From Eledone cirrhosa (taxonomy: Eukaryota), in contig OZ024742.1 of assembly GCA_964016885.1 (NCBI GenBank), forward strand, positions 372,062,001-372,126,000: a stretch of DNA of 64,000 bases, given 5' to 3'. Positions 17,901 through 33,479 of this stretch are shown piece after piece. The notes beneath the pieces were generated by a model. The model did no database searches. It was not told the origin of the DNA and was given only the letters and a program-made list of their open reading frames with translations. Each line of letters opens with the position of its first letter. Positions within the stretch are counted from its first letter, which is position 1. A program made the translations under genes and the position numbers.

Positions 17901-20900
17901 ACACTAGAAATACAGTAATATATATACACTAGGAATACAGTAATATATATACACTAGAAATACAGTAATATATATACACAAGAAATACAGTAATATATAC
18001 ACTAGAAATACAGTAATATATATACACTAGGAATACAGAAATATATACACTAGAAATACAGTAATATATATACACTAGAGATACAGTAATATATATACAC
18101 TAGAAATACAGTAATATATACACTAGAAATACAGTAATATATACACTAGAAATACAGTAATATATACACTAGAAATACAGTAATATATATACACTTGAAA
18201 TACAGTAATATATATACACTAGAAATACAGTAATATATATACACTAGAAATACAGTAATATATATACACTAGAAATACAGTAATATATATATATACACTA
18301 GAAAAACAGTAATATATATACACTAGAAATACAGTAATATATATATACTAGAAATACAGTAATATATATATACACTAGGAATACAGTAATATATATACAC
18401 TAGAAATACAGTAATATATATACACTAGAAATACAGTAATATATATATACTAGAAATACAGTAATATATATATACACTAGGAATACAGTAATATATATAC
18501 ACTAGAAATACAGTAATATATATACACTAGGAATACAGTAATATATATACACTAGAAATACAGTAATATATATACACTAGAAATACAGTAATATATACAC
18601 TAGAAATACAGTAATATATATACACTAGAAATACAGTCATATATATATACTAGAAATACAGTAATATATATACACTAGAAATACAGTAATATATATACAC
18701 TAGAAATACAGTAATATATATACACTAGGAATACAGTAATATATATACACTAGGAATACAGTAATATATATACACTAGAAATACAGTAATATATACACTA
18801 GAAATACAGTAATATATATACACTAGAAATACAGTAATATATATACACTAGGAATACAGTAATATATATACACTAGAAATACAGTAATATATACACTAGA
18901 AATACAGTAATATATATACACTAGGAATACAGTAATATATATACACTAGAAATACAGTAATATATACACTAGAAATACAGTAATATATATACACTAGAAA
19001 TACAGTAATATATATACACTAGAAATACAGTAATATATATACACTAGAAATACAGTAATATATATACACTAGAAATACAGTAATATATATACACTAGAAA
19101 TACAGTAATATATATACACTAGAAATACAATAATATATATACACTAGAAATACAGTAATATATATACACTAGAAATACAGTAACATATATACACTAGAAA
19201 TACAGTAATATATATACACTAGGAATACAGTATTATATACACTAGGAATACAGATATATATATACACTAGGAATACAGTAATATATATACACTAGAAATA
19301 CAGTAATATATATACACTAGAAATACACTAATATATATATACTAGGAATACAGTAATATATATACACTAGGAATACAGTAATATATATACACTAGAAATA
19401 CAGTAATATATATACACTAGAAATACAGTAATATATATACACTAGGAATACAGTAAGATATATACACTAGAAATACAGTAATATATATACACTAGGAATA
19501 CAGTAATATATACACTAGGAATACAGTAATATATATACACTAGAAATACAGTAAGATATATACACTAGAAATACGGTAAATATATACACCAGAAATACAG
19601 TAATATATATACACTAGAAATACAGTAAGATATATACACTAGAAATACGGTAAATATATACACCAGAAATACAGTAATACATATACATTAGGAATACAGA
19701 TATATATATATATACACTAGGAATACAGTAATATATATACACTAGAAATACAGTAATATATATACACTAGGAATACAGTAATATATATACACTAGAAATA
19801 CAGTAAGATATATAGACTAGAAATACGGTAAATATATACACCAGAAATACAGTAATATATATACATTAGGAATACAGATATATATATACACTAGGAATAC
19901 AGTAATATATATACACTAGAAATACAGTAATATATATACACGAGAAATACAGTAATATATACACTAGAAATACAGTAATATATATACACTAGGAATACAG
20001 TAATATATATACACTAGAAATACAGTAATATATATATACACGAGAAATACAGTAATATATACACTAGAAATACAGTAATATATATACACTAGGAATACAG
20101 TAATATATACACTAGAAATACAGTAATATATATACACTAGAGATACAGTAATATATATACACTAGAAATACAGTAATATATATACACGAGAAATACAGTA
20201 ATATATACACTAGAAATACAGTAATATATATACACTAGGAATACAGTAATATATATACACTAGAAATACAGTAATATATATATACACGAGAAATACAGTA
20301 ATATATACACTAGAAATACAGTAATATATATACACTAGAAATACAGTAATATATATACACTAGAAATACAGTAATATATATATATACACTAGAAATACAG
20401 TAATATATATATATACACTAGAAATACAGTAATATAGATACACTAGAAATACAGTAATATATATACACTAGAAATACAGTAATATATATACACTAGAAAT
20501 ACAGTAATATATATACACTAGGAATACAGTAATATATATACACTAGAAATACAGTAATATATATACACTAGAAATACAGTAATATATATATACTAGAAAT
20601 ACAGTAATATATATACACTAGGAATACAGTAATATATATACACTAGAAATACAGTAATATATATACACTAGAAATACAGTAATATATACACTAGAAATAC
20701 AGTAATATATATACACTAGGAATACAGTAATATATATACACTAGAAATACAGTAATATATATACACTAGAAATACAGTAATATATACACTAGAAATACAG
20801 TAATATATACACTAGAAATACAGTAATATATATACACTAGAAATACAGTAATATATACATTAGAAATACAGTAATATATATACACTAGAAATACAGTAAT

Positions 20901-21169
20901 ATATATATACACTAGAAATACAGTAATATATATATACACTAGAAATACAGTAATATATATACACTAGAAATACAGTAATATATATACACTAGAAATACAG
21001 TCATATATATATACTAGAAATACAGTAATATATATACACTAGAAATACAGTAATATATATACACTAGGAATACAGTAATATATATACACTAGGAATACAG
21101 TAATATATATACACTAGAAATACAGTAATATATATACACTAGAAATACAGTAATACATACACTAGGAAT

Positions 21170-24100
21170 ACAGTAATATATATACACTAGAAATACAGTA
21201 ATATATATACACTAGAAATACAGTAATATATATACACTAGGAATACAGTAATATATATACATTAGAAATACAGTAATATATACACTAGAAATACAGTAAT
21301 ATATATACACTAGAAATACAATAATATATATACACTAGAAATACAGTAATATATATACACTAGGAATACAGTAATATATACACTAGAAATACAGTAATAT
21401 ATACACTAGAAATACAGTAATATATACACTAGAAATACAGTAATATATATACACTTGAAATACAGTAATATATATACACTAGAAATACAGTAATATATAT
21501 ACACTAGAAATACAGTAATATATATACACTAGAAATACAGTAACATATATACACTAGAAATACAGTAATATATATACACTAGGAATACAGTATTATATAC
21601 ACTAGGAATACAGATATATATATACACTAGGAATACAGTAATATATATACACTAGAAATACAGTAATATATATACACTAGAAATACAGTAATATATATAC
21701 ACTAGGAATACAGTAATATATATACACTAGGAATACAGTAATATATATACACTAGAAATACAGTAATATATATACACTAGAAATACAGTAATATATATAC
21801 ACTAGAAATACAGTAATATATATACACTAGGAATACAGTAAGATATATACACTAGAAATACAGTAATATATATACACTAGGAATACAGTAATATATACAC
21901 TAGGAATACAGTAATATATATACACTAGAAATACAGTAAGATATATACACTAGAAATACGGTAAATATATACACCAGAAATACAGTAATATATATACACT
22001 AGAAATACAGTAAGATATATACACTAGAAATACGGTAAATATATACACCAGAAATACAGTAATATATATACATTAGGAATACAGATATATATATACACTA
22101 GGAATACAGTAATATATATACACTAGAAATACAGTAATATATATACACTAGGAATACAGTAATATATATACACTAGGAATACAGTAATATATATACACTA
22201 GAAATACAGTAATATATACACTAGAAATACAGTAATATATATACACTAGAAATACAGTAATATATATACACTAGGAATACAGTAATATATATACACTAGA
22301 AATACAGTAATATATACACTAGAAATACAGTAATATATATACACTAGAAATACAGTAATATATATACACTAGAAATACAGTAATATATATACACTAGAAA
22401 TACAGTAATATATATACACTAGAAATACAGTAATATATATACACTAGAAGTACAGTAATATATATACACTAGAAATACAGTAATATATATACACTAGAAA
22501 TACAGTAATATATATACACTAGAAATACAGTAACATATATACACTAGAAATACAGTAATATATATACACTAGGAATACACTATTATATACACTAGGAATA
22601 CAGATATATATATACACTAGGAATACAGTAATATATATACACTAGAAATACAGTAATATATATACACTAGAAATACAGTAATATATATACACTAGGAATA
22701 CAGTAATATATATACACTAGGAATACAGTAATATATATACACTAGAAATACAGTAATATATATACACTAGAAATACAGTAATATATATACACTAGAAATA
22801 CAGTAATATATATACACTAGGAATACAGTAAGATATATACACTAGAAATACAGTAATATATATACACTAGGAATACAGTAATATATACACTAGGAATACA
22901 GTAATATATATACACTAGAAATACAGTAAGATATATACACTAGAAATACGGTAAATATATACACCAGAAATACAGTAATATATATACACTAGAAATACAG
23001 TAAGATATATACACTAGAAATACGGTAAATATATACACCAGAAATACAGTAATATATATACACTAGAAATACAGTAAGATATATACACCAGAAATACAGT
23101 AATATATATACATTAGGAATACAGATATATATATATACACTAGGAATACAGTAATATATATACACTAGAAATACAGTAATATATATACACTAGGAATACA
23201 GTAATATATATACACTAGAAATACAGTAAGATATATAGACTAGAAATACGGTAAATATATACACCAGAAATACAGTAATATATATACATTAGGAATACAG
23301 ATATATATATACACTAGGAATACAGTAATATATATACACTAGAAATACAGTAATATATATACACGAGAAATACAGTAATATATACACTAGAAATACAGTA
23401 ATATATATACACTAGGAATACAGTAATATATATACACTAGAAATACAGTAATATATATACACGAGAAATACAGTAATATATACACTAGAAATACAGTAAT
23501 ATATATACACTAGGAATACAGTAATATATACACTAGAAATACAGTAATATATATACACTAGAGATACAGTAATATATATACACTAGAAATACAGTAATAT
23601 ATACACTAGAAATACAGTAATATATACACTAGAAATACAGTAATATATACACTAGAAATACAGTAATATATATACACTTGAAATACAGTAATATATATAC
23701 ACTAGAAATACAGTAATATATATACACTAGAAATACAGTAATATATATACACTAGAAATACAGTAATATATATACACTAGGAATACAGTATTATATATAC
23801 ACTAGAAATACAGTAATATATATACACTAGAAATACAGTAATATATATATACTAGAAATACAGTAATATATATACACTAGGAATACAGTAATGTATATAC
23901 ACTAGAAATACAGTAATATATATACACTAGAAATACAGTAATATATACACTAAAATACAGTAATATATATACACTAGGAATACAGTAATATATATACACT
24001 AGAAATACAGTAATATATATACACTAGAAATGCAGTAATATATACACTAGAAATACAGTAATATATACACTAGAAATACAGTAATATATATACACTAGAA

Positions 24101-27100
24101 ATACAGTAATATATACATTAGAAATACAGTAATATATATACACTAGAAATACAGTAATATATATATACACTAGAAATACAGTAATATATATATACACTAG
24201 AAATACAGTAATATAAATACACTAGAAATACAGTAATATATATACACTAGGAATACAGTAATATAAATACACTAGAAATACAGTAATATATATACACTAG
24301 AAATACAGTAATATATACACTAGAAATACAGTAATATATATACACTAGAAATACAGTAATATATATAGATGAGAAATACAGTAATATATATACACTAGAA
24401 ATACAGTAATATATACACTAGAAATACAGTAATATATATACACTAGAAATACAGTAAGATATATACACTAGAAATACAGTAATATATATACACTAGAAAT
24501 ACAGTAATATATATATACTAGAAATACAGTAATATATATACACTAGAAATACAGTAATATATATAGATGAGAAATACAGTAATATATATACATTAGAAAT
24601 ACAGTAATATATACACTAGAAATACAGTAATATATACACTAGAAATACAGTAATATATATACACTAGAAATACAGTAATATATATAGATGAGAAATACAG
24701 TAATATATATACACTAGAAATACAGTAATATATATAGATGAGAAATACAGTAAGATATATACACTAGAAATACAGTATGATATATACACTAGAAATACAG
24801 TAATATATATAGATGAGAAATACAGTAAGATATATACACTAGAAATACAGTAAGATATATACACTAGAAATACAGTAATATATATACACTAGAAATACAG
24901 TAATATATATACACTAGAAATACAGTAATATATATACACTAGAAATACAGTAATATATATAGATGAGAAGTACAGTAATATATATACACTAGAAATACAG
25001 TAATATATACACTAGAAATACAGTAATATATACACTAGAAATACAGTAATATATATACACTAGGAATACAGTAATATATATACACTAGAAATACAGTAAT
25101 ATATATACACTAGAAATACAGTAATATATATACACTAGAAATACAGTAATATATACACTAGGAATACAGTAATATATATACACTAGGAATACAGTAATAT
25201 ATACACTAGATCTACAGTAATATATACACTAGGAATACAGTAATATATACACTAGGAATACAGTAATATATATACACTAGAAATACAGTAATATATATAC
25301 ACCAGAAATACAGTAATATATATACACTAGGAATACAGATATATATATATACTAGGAATAAAGTAATATCTATACACTACAAATACAGTAATATATATAC
25401 ACTAGAAATACAGTAATATATACGCTAGGAATACAGTAATATATATACACTAGGAATACAGTAATATATACACTAGATATACAGTAATATATACACTAGG
25501 AATACAGTAATATATATACACTAGAAATACAGTAATATATATACACCAGAAATACAGTAATATATATACACTAGGAATACAGATATATATATATACTAGG
25601 AATACAGTAATATATATACACTAGAAATACAGTAATATATACACTAGGAATACAGTAATATATATACACGAGAAATACAGTAATATATACACTAGAAATA
25701 CAGTAATATATATACACTAGGAATACAGTAATATATACACTAGAAGTACAGTAATATATATACACTAGAGATACAGTAATATATATACACTAGAAATACA
25801 GTAATATATACACTAGAAATACAGTAATATATACACTAGAAATACAGTAATATATACACTAGAAATACAGTAATATATATACACTTAAAATACAGTAATA
25901 TATATACACTAGAAATACAGTAATATATATACACTAGAAATACAGTAATATATACACTAGAAATACAGTAACATATATACACTAGAAATACAGTAATATA
26001 TATACACTAGAAATACAGTAATATATATACACTAGAAATACAGTCATATATATATACTAGAAATACAGTAATATATATACACTAGAAATACAGTAATATA
26101 TATACACTAGGAATACAGTAATATATATACACTAGAAATACAGTAATATATACACTAGAAATACAGTAATATATATACACTAGAAATACAGTAATATATA
26201 TACACTAGGAATACAGTAATATATATACATTAGAAATACAGTAATATATACACTAGAAATACAGTAATATATATACACTAGAAATACAATAATATATATA
26301 CACTAGAAATACAGTAATATATATACACTAGGAATACAGTAATATATACACTAGAAATACAGTAATATATACACTAGAAATACAGTAATATATACACTAG
26401 AAATACAGTAATATATATACACTTGAAATACAGTAATATATATACACTAGAAATACAGTAATATATATACACTAGAAATACAGTAATATATATACACTAG
26501 AAATACAGTAACATATATACACTAGAAATACAGTAATATATATACACTAGGAATACAGTATTATATACACTAGGAATACAGATATATATATACACTAGGA
26601 ATACAGTAATATATATACACTAGAAATACAGTAATATATATACACTAGAAATACAGTAATATATATACACTAGGAATACAGTAATATATATACACTAGGA
26701 ATACAGTAATATATATACACTAGAAATACAGTAATATATATACACTAGAAATACAGTAATATATATACACTAGAAATACAGTAATATATATACACTAGGA
26801 ATACAGTAAGATATATACACTAGAAATACAGTAATATATATACACTAGGAATACAGTAATATATACACTAGGAATACAGTAATATATATACACTAGAAAT
26901 ACAGTAAGATATATACACTAGAAATACGGTAAATATATACACCAGAAATACAGTAATATATATACACTAGAAATACAGTAAGATATATACACTAGAAATA
27001 CGGTAAATATATACACCAGAAATACAGTAATATATATACATTAGGAATACAGATATATATATACACTAGGAATACAGTAATATATATACACTAGAAATAC

Positions 27101-30100
27101 AGTAATATATATACACTAGGAATACAGTAATATATATACACTAGGAATACAGTAATATATATACACTAGAAATACAGTAATATATACACTAGAAATACAG
27201 TAATATATATACACTAGAAATACAGTAATATATATACACTAGGAATACAGTAATATATATACACTAGAAATACAGTAATATATACACTAGAAATACAGTA
27301 ATATATATACACTAGAAATACAGTAATATATATACACTAGAAATACAGTAATATATATACACTAGAAATACAGTAATATATATACACTAGAAATACAGTA
27401 ATATATATACACTAGAAGTACAGTAATATATATACACTAGAAATACAGTAATATATATACACTAGAAATACAGTAATATATATACACTAGAAATACAGTA
27501 ACATATATACACTAGAAATACAGTAATATATATACACTAGGAATACAGTATTATATACACTAGGAATACAGATATATATATACACTAGGAATACAGTAAT
27601 ATATATACACTAGAAATACAGTAATATATATACACTAGAAATACAGTAATATATATACACTAGGAATACAGTAATATATATACACTAGGAATACAGTAAT
27701 ATATATACACTAGAAATACAGTAATATATATACACTAGAAATACAGTAATATATATACACTAGAAATACAGTAATATATATACACTAGGAATACAGTAAG
27801 ATATATACACTAGAAATACAGTAATATATATACACTAGGAATACAGTAATATATACACTAGGAATACAGTAATATATATACACTAGAAATACAGTAAGAT
27901 ATATACACTAGAAATACGGTAAATATATACACCAGAAATACAGTAATATATATACACTAGAAATACAGTAAGATATATACACTAGAAATACGGTAAATAT
28001 ATACACCAGAAATACAGTAATATATATACACTAGAAATACAGTAAGATATATACACTAGAAATACAGTAATATATATACATTAGGAATACAGATATATAT
28101 ATATACACTAGGAATACAGTAATATATATACACTAGAAATACAGTAATATATATACACTAGGAATACAGTAATATATATACACTAGAAATACAGTAAGAT
28201 ATATAGACTAGAAATACGGTAAATATATACACCAGAAATACAGTAATATATATACATTAGGAATACAGATATATATATACACTAGGAATACAGTAATATA
28301 TATACACTAGAAATACAGTAATATATATACACGAGAAATACAGTAATATATACACTAGAAATACAGTAATATATATACACTAGGAATACAGTAATATATA
28401 TACACTAGAAATACAGTAATATATATACACGAGAAATACAGTAATATATACACTAGAAATACAGTAATATATATACACTAGGAATACAGTAATATATACA
28501 CTAGAAATACAGTAATATATATACACTAGAGATACAGTAATATATATACACTAGAAATACAGTAATATATACACTAGAAATACAGTAATATATACACTAG
28601 AAATACAGTAATATATACACTAGAAATACAGTAATATATATACACTTGAAATACAGTAATATATATACACTAGAAATACAGTAATATATATACACTAGAA
28701 ATACAGTAATATATATACACTAGAAATACAGTAATATATATACACTAGGAATACAGTATTATATATACACTAGAAATACAGTAATATATATACACTAGAA
28801 ATACAGTAATATATATATACTAGAAATACAGTAATATATATACACTAGGAATACAGTAATATATATACACTAGAAATACAGTAATATATATACACTAGAA
28901 ATACAGTAATATATACACTAGAAATACAGTAATATATATACACTAGGAATACAGTAATATATATACACTAGAAATACAGTAATATATATACACTAGAAAT
29001 GCAGTAATATATACACTAGAAATACAGTAATATATACACTAGAAATACAGTAATATATATACACTAGAAATACAGTAATATATACATTAGAAATACCGTA
29101 ATATATATACACTAGAAATACAGTAATATATATATACACTAGAAATACAGTAATATATATATACACTAGAAATACAGTAATATAAATACACTAGAAATAC
29201 AGTAATATATATACACTAGGAATACAGTAATATAAATACACTAGAAATACAGTAATATATATACACTAGAAATACAGTAATATATACACTAGAAATACAG
29301 TAATATATATACACTAGAAATACAGTAATATATATAGATGAGAAATACAGTAATATATATACACTAGAAATACAGTAATATATACACTAGAAATACAGTA
29401 ATATATATACACTAGAAATACAGTAATATATATATACTAGAAATACAGTAATATATATACACTAGAAATACAGTAATATATATAGATGAGAAATACAGTA
29501 ATATATATACATTAGAAATACAGTAATATATACACTAGAAATACAGTAATATATACACTAGAAATACAGTAATATATATACACTAGAAATACAGTAATAT
29601 ATATAGATGAGAAATACAGTAATATATATACACTAGAAATACAGTAATATATATAGATGAGAAATACAGTAAGATATATACACTAGAAATACAGTATGAT
29701 ATATACACTAGAAATACAGTAATATATATAGATGAGAAATACAGTAAGATATATACACTAGAAATACAGTAAGATATATACACTAGAAATACAGTAATAT
29801 ATATACACTAGAAATACAGTAATATATATACACTAGAAATACAGTAATATATATACACTAGAAATACAGTAATATATATAGATGAGAAGTACAGTAATAT
29901 ATATACACTAGAAATACAGTAATATATACACTAGAAATACAGTAATATATACACTAGAAATACAGTAATATATATACACTAGGAATACAGTAATATATAT
30001 ACACTAGAAATACAGTAATATATATACACTAGAAATACAGTAATATATATACACTAGAAATACAGTAATATATACACTAGGAATACAGTAATATATATAC

Positions 30101-31120
30101 ACTAGGAATACAGTAATATATACACTAGATCTACAGTAATATATACACTAGGAATACAGTAATATATACACTAGGAATACAGTAATATATATACACTAGA
30201 AATACAGTAATATATATACACCAGAAATACAGTAATATATATACACTAGGAATACAGATATATATATATACTAGGAATAAAGTAATATCTATACACTACA
30301 AATACAGTAATATATATACACTAGAAATACAGTAATATATACGCTAGGAATACAGTAATATATATACACTAGGAATACAGTAATATATACACTAGATATA
30401 CAGTAATATATACACTAGGAATACAGTAATATATATACACTAGAAATACAGTAATATATATACACCAGAAATACAGTAATATATATACACTAGGAATACA
30501 GATATATATATATACTAGGAATACAGTAATATATATACACTAGAAATACAGTAATATATACACTAGGAATACAGTAATATATATACACGAGAAATACAGT
30601 AATATATACACTAGAAATACAGTAATATATATACACTAGGAATACAGTAATATATACACTAGAAGTACAATAATATATATACACTAGAGATACAGTAATA
30701 TATATACACTAGAAATACAGTAATATATACACTAGAAATACAGTAATATATACACTAGAAATACAGTAATATATACACTAGAAATACAGTAATATATATA
30801 TACTTAAAATACAGTAATATATATACACTAGAAATACAGTAATATATATACACTAGAAATACAGTAATATATACACTAGAAATACAGTAACATATATACA
30901 CTAGAAATACAGTAATATATATACACTAGAAATACAGTAATATATATACACTAGAAATACAGTCATATATATATACTAGAAATACAGTAATATATATACA
31001 CTAGAAATACAGTAATATATATACACTAGGAATACAGTAATATATATACACTAGAAATACAGTAATATATACACTAGAAATACAGTAATATATATACACT
31101 AGAAATACAGTAATATATAT
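21170..31120. repeat. Near-perfect tandem duplication of a ~4.9-5.0 kb unit (about 200 monomers): ~21.2-26.15 kb and ~26.15-31.1 kb
   Basis: ORF pairs 24664/29583 and 25571/30490 are both offset by 4919. The marker AAGTAATATCTATACACTACAAA, seen only in this pair, is at 25361 and 30280 (offset 4919). CATTAGAAA...TACAATAA is at 21260 and 26228. Confidence 0.93.
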
Positions 31121-31574
31121 ACACTAGAAATACAGTAATATATATACACTAGGAATACAGTAATATATATACACTAGAAATACAGTAATATATATACACT
31201 AGAAATACATTAATATATATACACTAGAAATACAGTAATATATACACTAGATATACAGTAATATATACACTAGGAATACAGTAATATATAGACACTAGAA
31301 ATACAGTAATATATATACACTAGGAATACAGTAATATATATACACTAGGAATACAGATATATATATACACTAGGAATACAGTAATATATATACACTAGGA
31401 ATACAGTAATATATATATACACTAGAAATACAGTAATATATATACACTAGGAATACAGTAATATATATACACTAGGAATACAGTAATATATATACACTAG
31501 AAATACAGTAATATATATACACTAGGAATACAGTAATATATATATACACTAGAAATACAGTAAGATATATACAC

Positions 31575-32520
31575 TAGAAATACAGTAATATATATACACT
31601 AGAAATACGGTAAATATATACACCGGAAATACAGTAATATATATACATTAGGAATACAGATATATATATACACTAGGAATACAGTAATATATATACACTA
31701 GAAATACAGTAATATATATACACGAGAAATACAGTAATATATACACTAGAAATACAGTAATATATATACACTAGGAATACAGATATATATATACACTAGG
31801 AATACAGTAATATATATACACTAGAAATACAGTAATATATATACACTAGGAATACAGTAATATATATACACTAGAAATACAGTAAGATATATATGCTAGA
31901 AATACAGTAATATATACACTAGAAATACAGTAATATATATACACTAGGAATACAGTAATATATATACACTAGAAATACGGTAAATATATACACCAGAAAT
32001 ACAGTAATATATATACATTAGGAATACAGATATATATATACACTAGGAATACAGTAATATATATACACTAGAAATACAGTAATATATATACACGAGAAAT
32101 ACAGTAATATATACACTAGAAATACAGTAATATATATACACTAGGAATACAGATATATATATACACTAGGAATACAGTAATATATATACACTAGAAATAC
32201 AGTAATATATATACACTAGGAATACAGTAATATATATACACTAGAAATACAGTAAGATATATATGCTAGAAATACAGTAATATATACACTAGAAATACAG
32301 TAATATATATACACTAGGAATACAGTAATATATATACACTAGAAATACGGTAAATATATACACCAGAAATACAGTAATATATATACATTAGGAATACAGA
32401 TATATATATACACTAGGAATACAGTAATATATATACACTAGAAATACAGTAATATATATACACGAGAAATACAGTAATATATACACTAGAAATACAGTAA
32501 TATATATACACTAGGAATAC
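31575..32520. repeat. Local 370-bp (15-monomer) higher-order repeat, ~2.5 copies
   Basis: CGGTAAAT at 31608, 31978 and 32348. ATATGCTAGA at 31891 and 32261. All spacings are 370. Confidence 0.9.
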
Positions 32521-33479
32521 AGTAATATATACACTAGATATACAGTAATATATATACACTAGAGATACAGTAATATATATACACTAGAAATACAGTAATA
32601 TATACACTAGAAATACAGTAATATATACACTAGAAATACAGTAATATATATACACTAGAAGTACAGTAATATATATATATACACTAGAAATACAGTAATA
32701 TATATACACTAGAAATACAGTAATATATATATACTAGAAATACAGTAATATATATATACACTAGGAATACAGTAATATATATACACTAGACATACAGTAA
32801 TATATATACACTAGAAATACAGTAATATATATATACTAGAAATACAGTAATATATATATACACTAGGAATACAGTAATATATATACATTAGAAATACAGT
32901 AATATAGATACACTAGAAATACAGTAATATATATACACTAGAAATACAGTAATATATATACACTAGGAATACAGTAATATATATACACTAGAAATACAGA
33001 AATATATATACACTAGAAATACAGTAATATATATATACTAGAAATACAGTAATATATATACGCTAGGAATACAGTAATATATATACACTAGAAATACAGT
33101 AATATATATACACTAGAAATACAGTAATATATACACTAGAAATACAGTAATATATATACACTAGGAATACAGTGATATATATACACTAGAAATACAGTAA
33201 TATATATACACTAGAAATACAGTAATATATACACTAGAAATACAGTAATATATACACTAGAAATACAGTAATATATATACACTAGAAAGACAGTAATATA
33301 TATACATTAGAAATACAGTAATATATATACACTAGAAATACAGTAATATATATATACACTAGAAATACAGTAATATATATATACTAGAAATACAGTAATA
33401 TATATACACTAGGAATACAGTAATATATTTACACTAGAAATACAGTAATATATATACACGAGAAATACAGTAATATATA

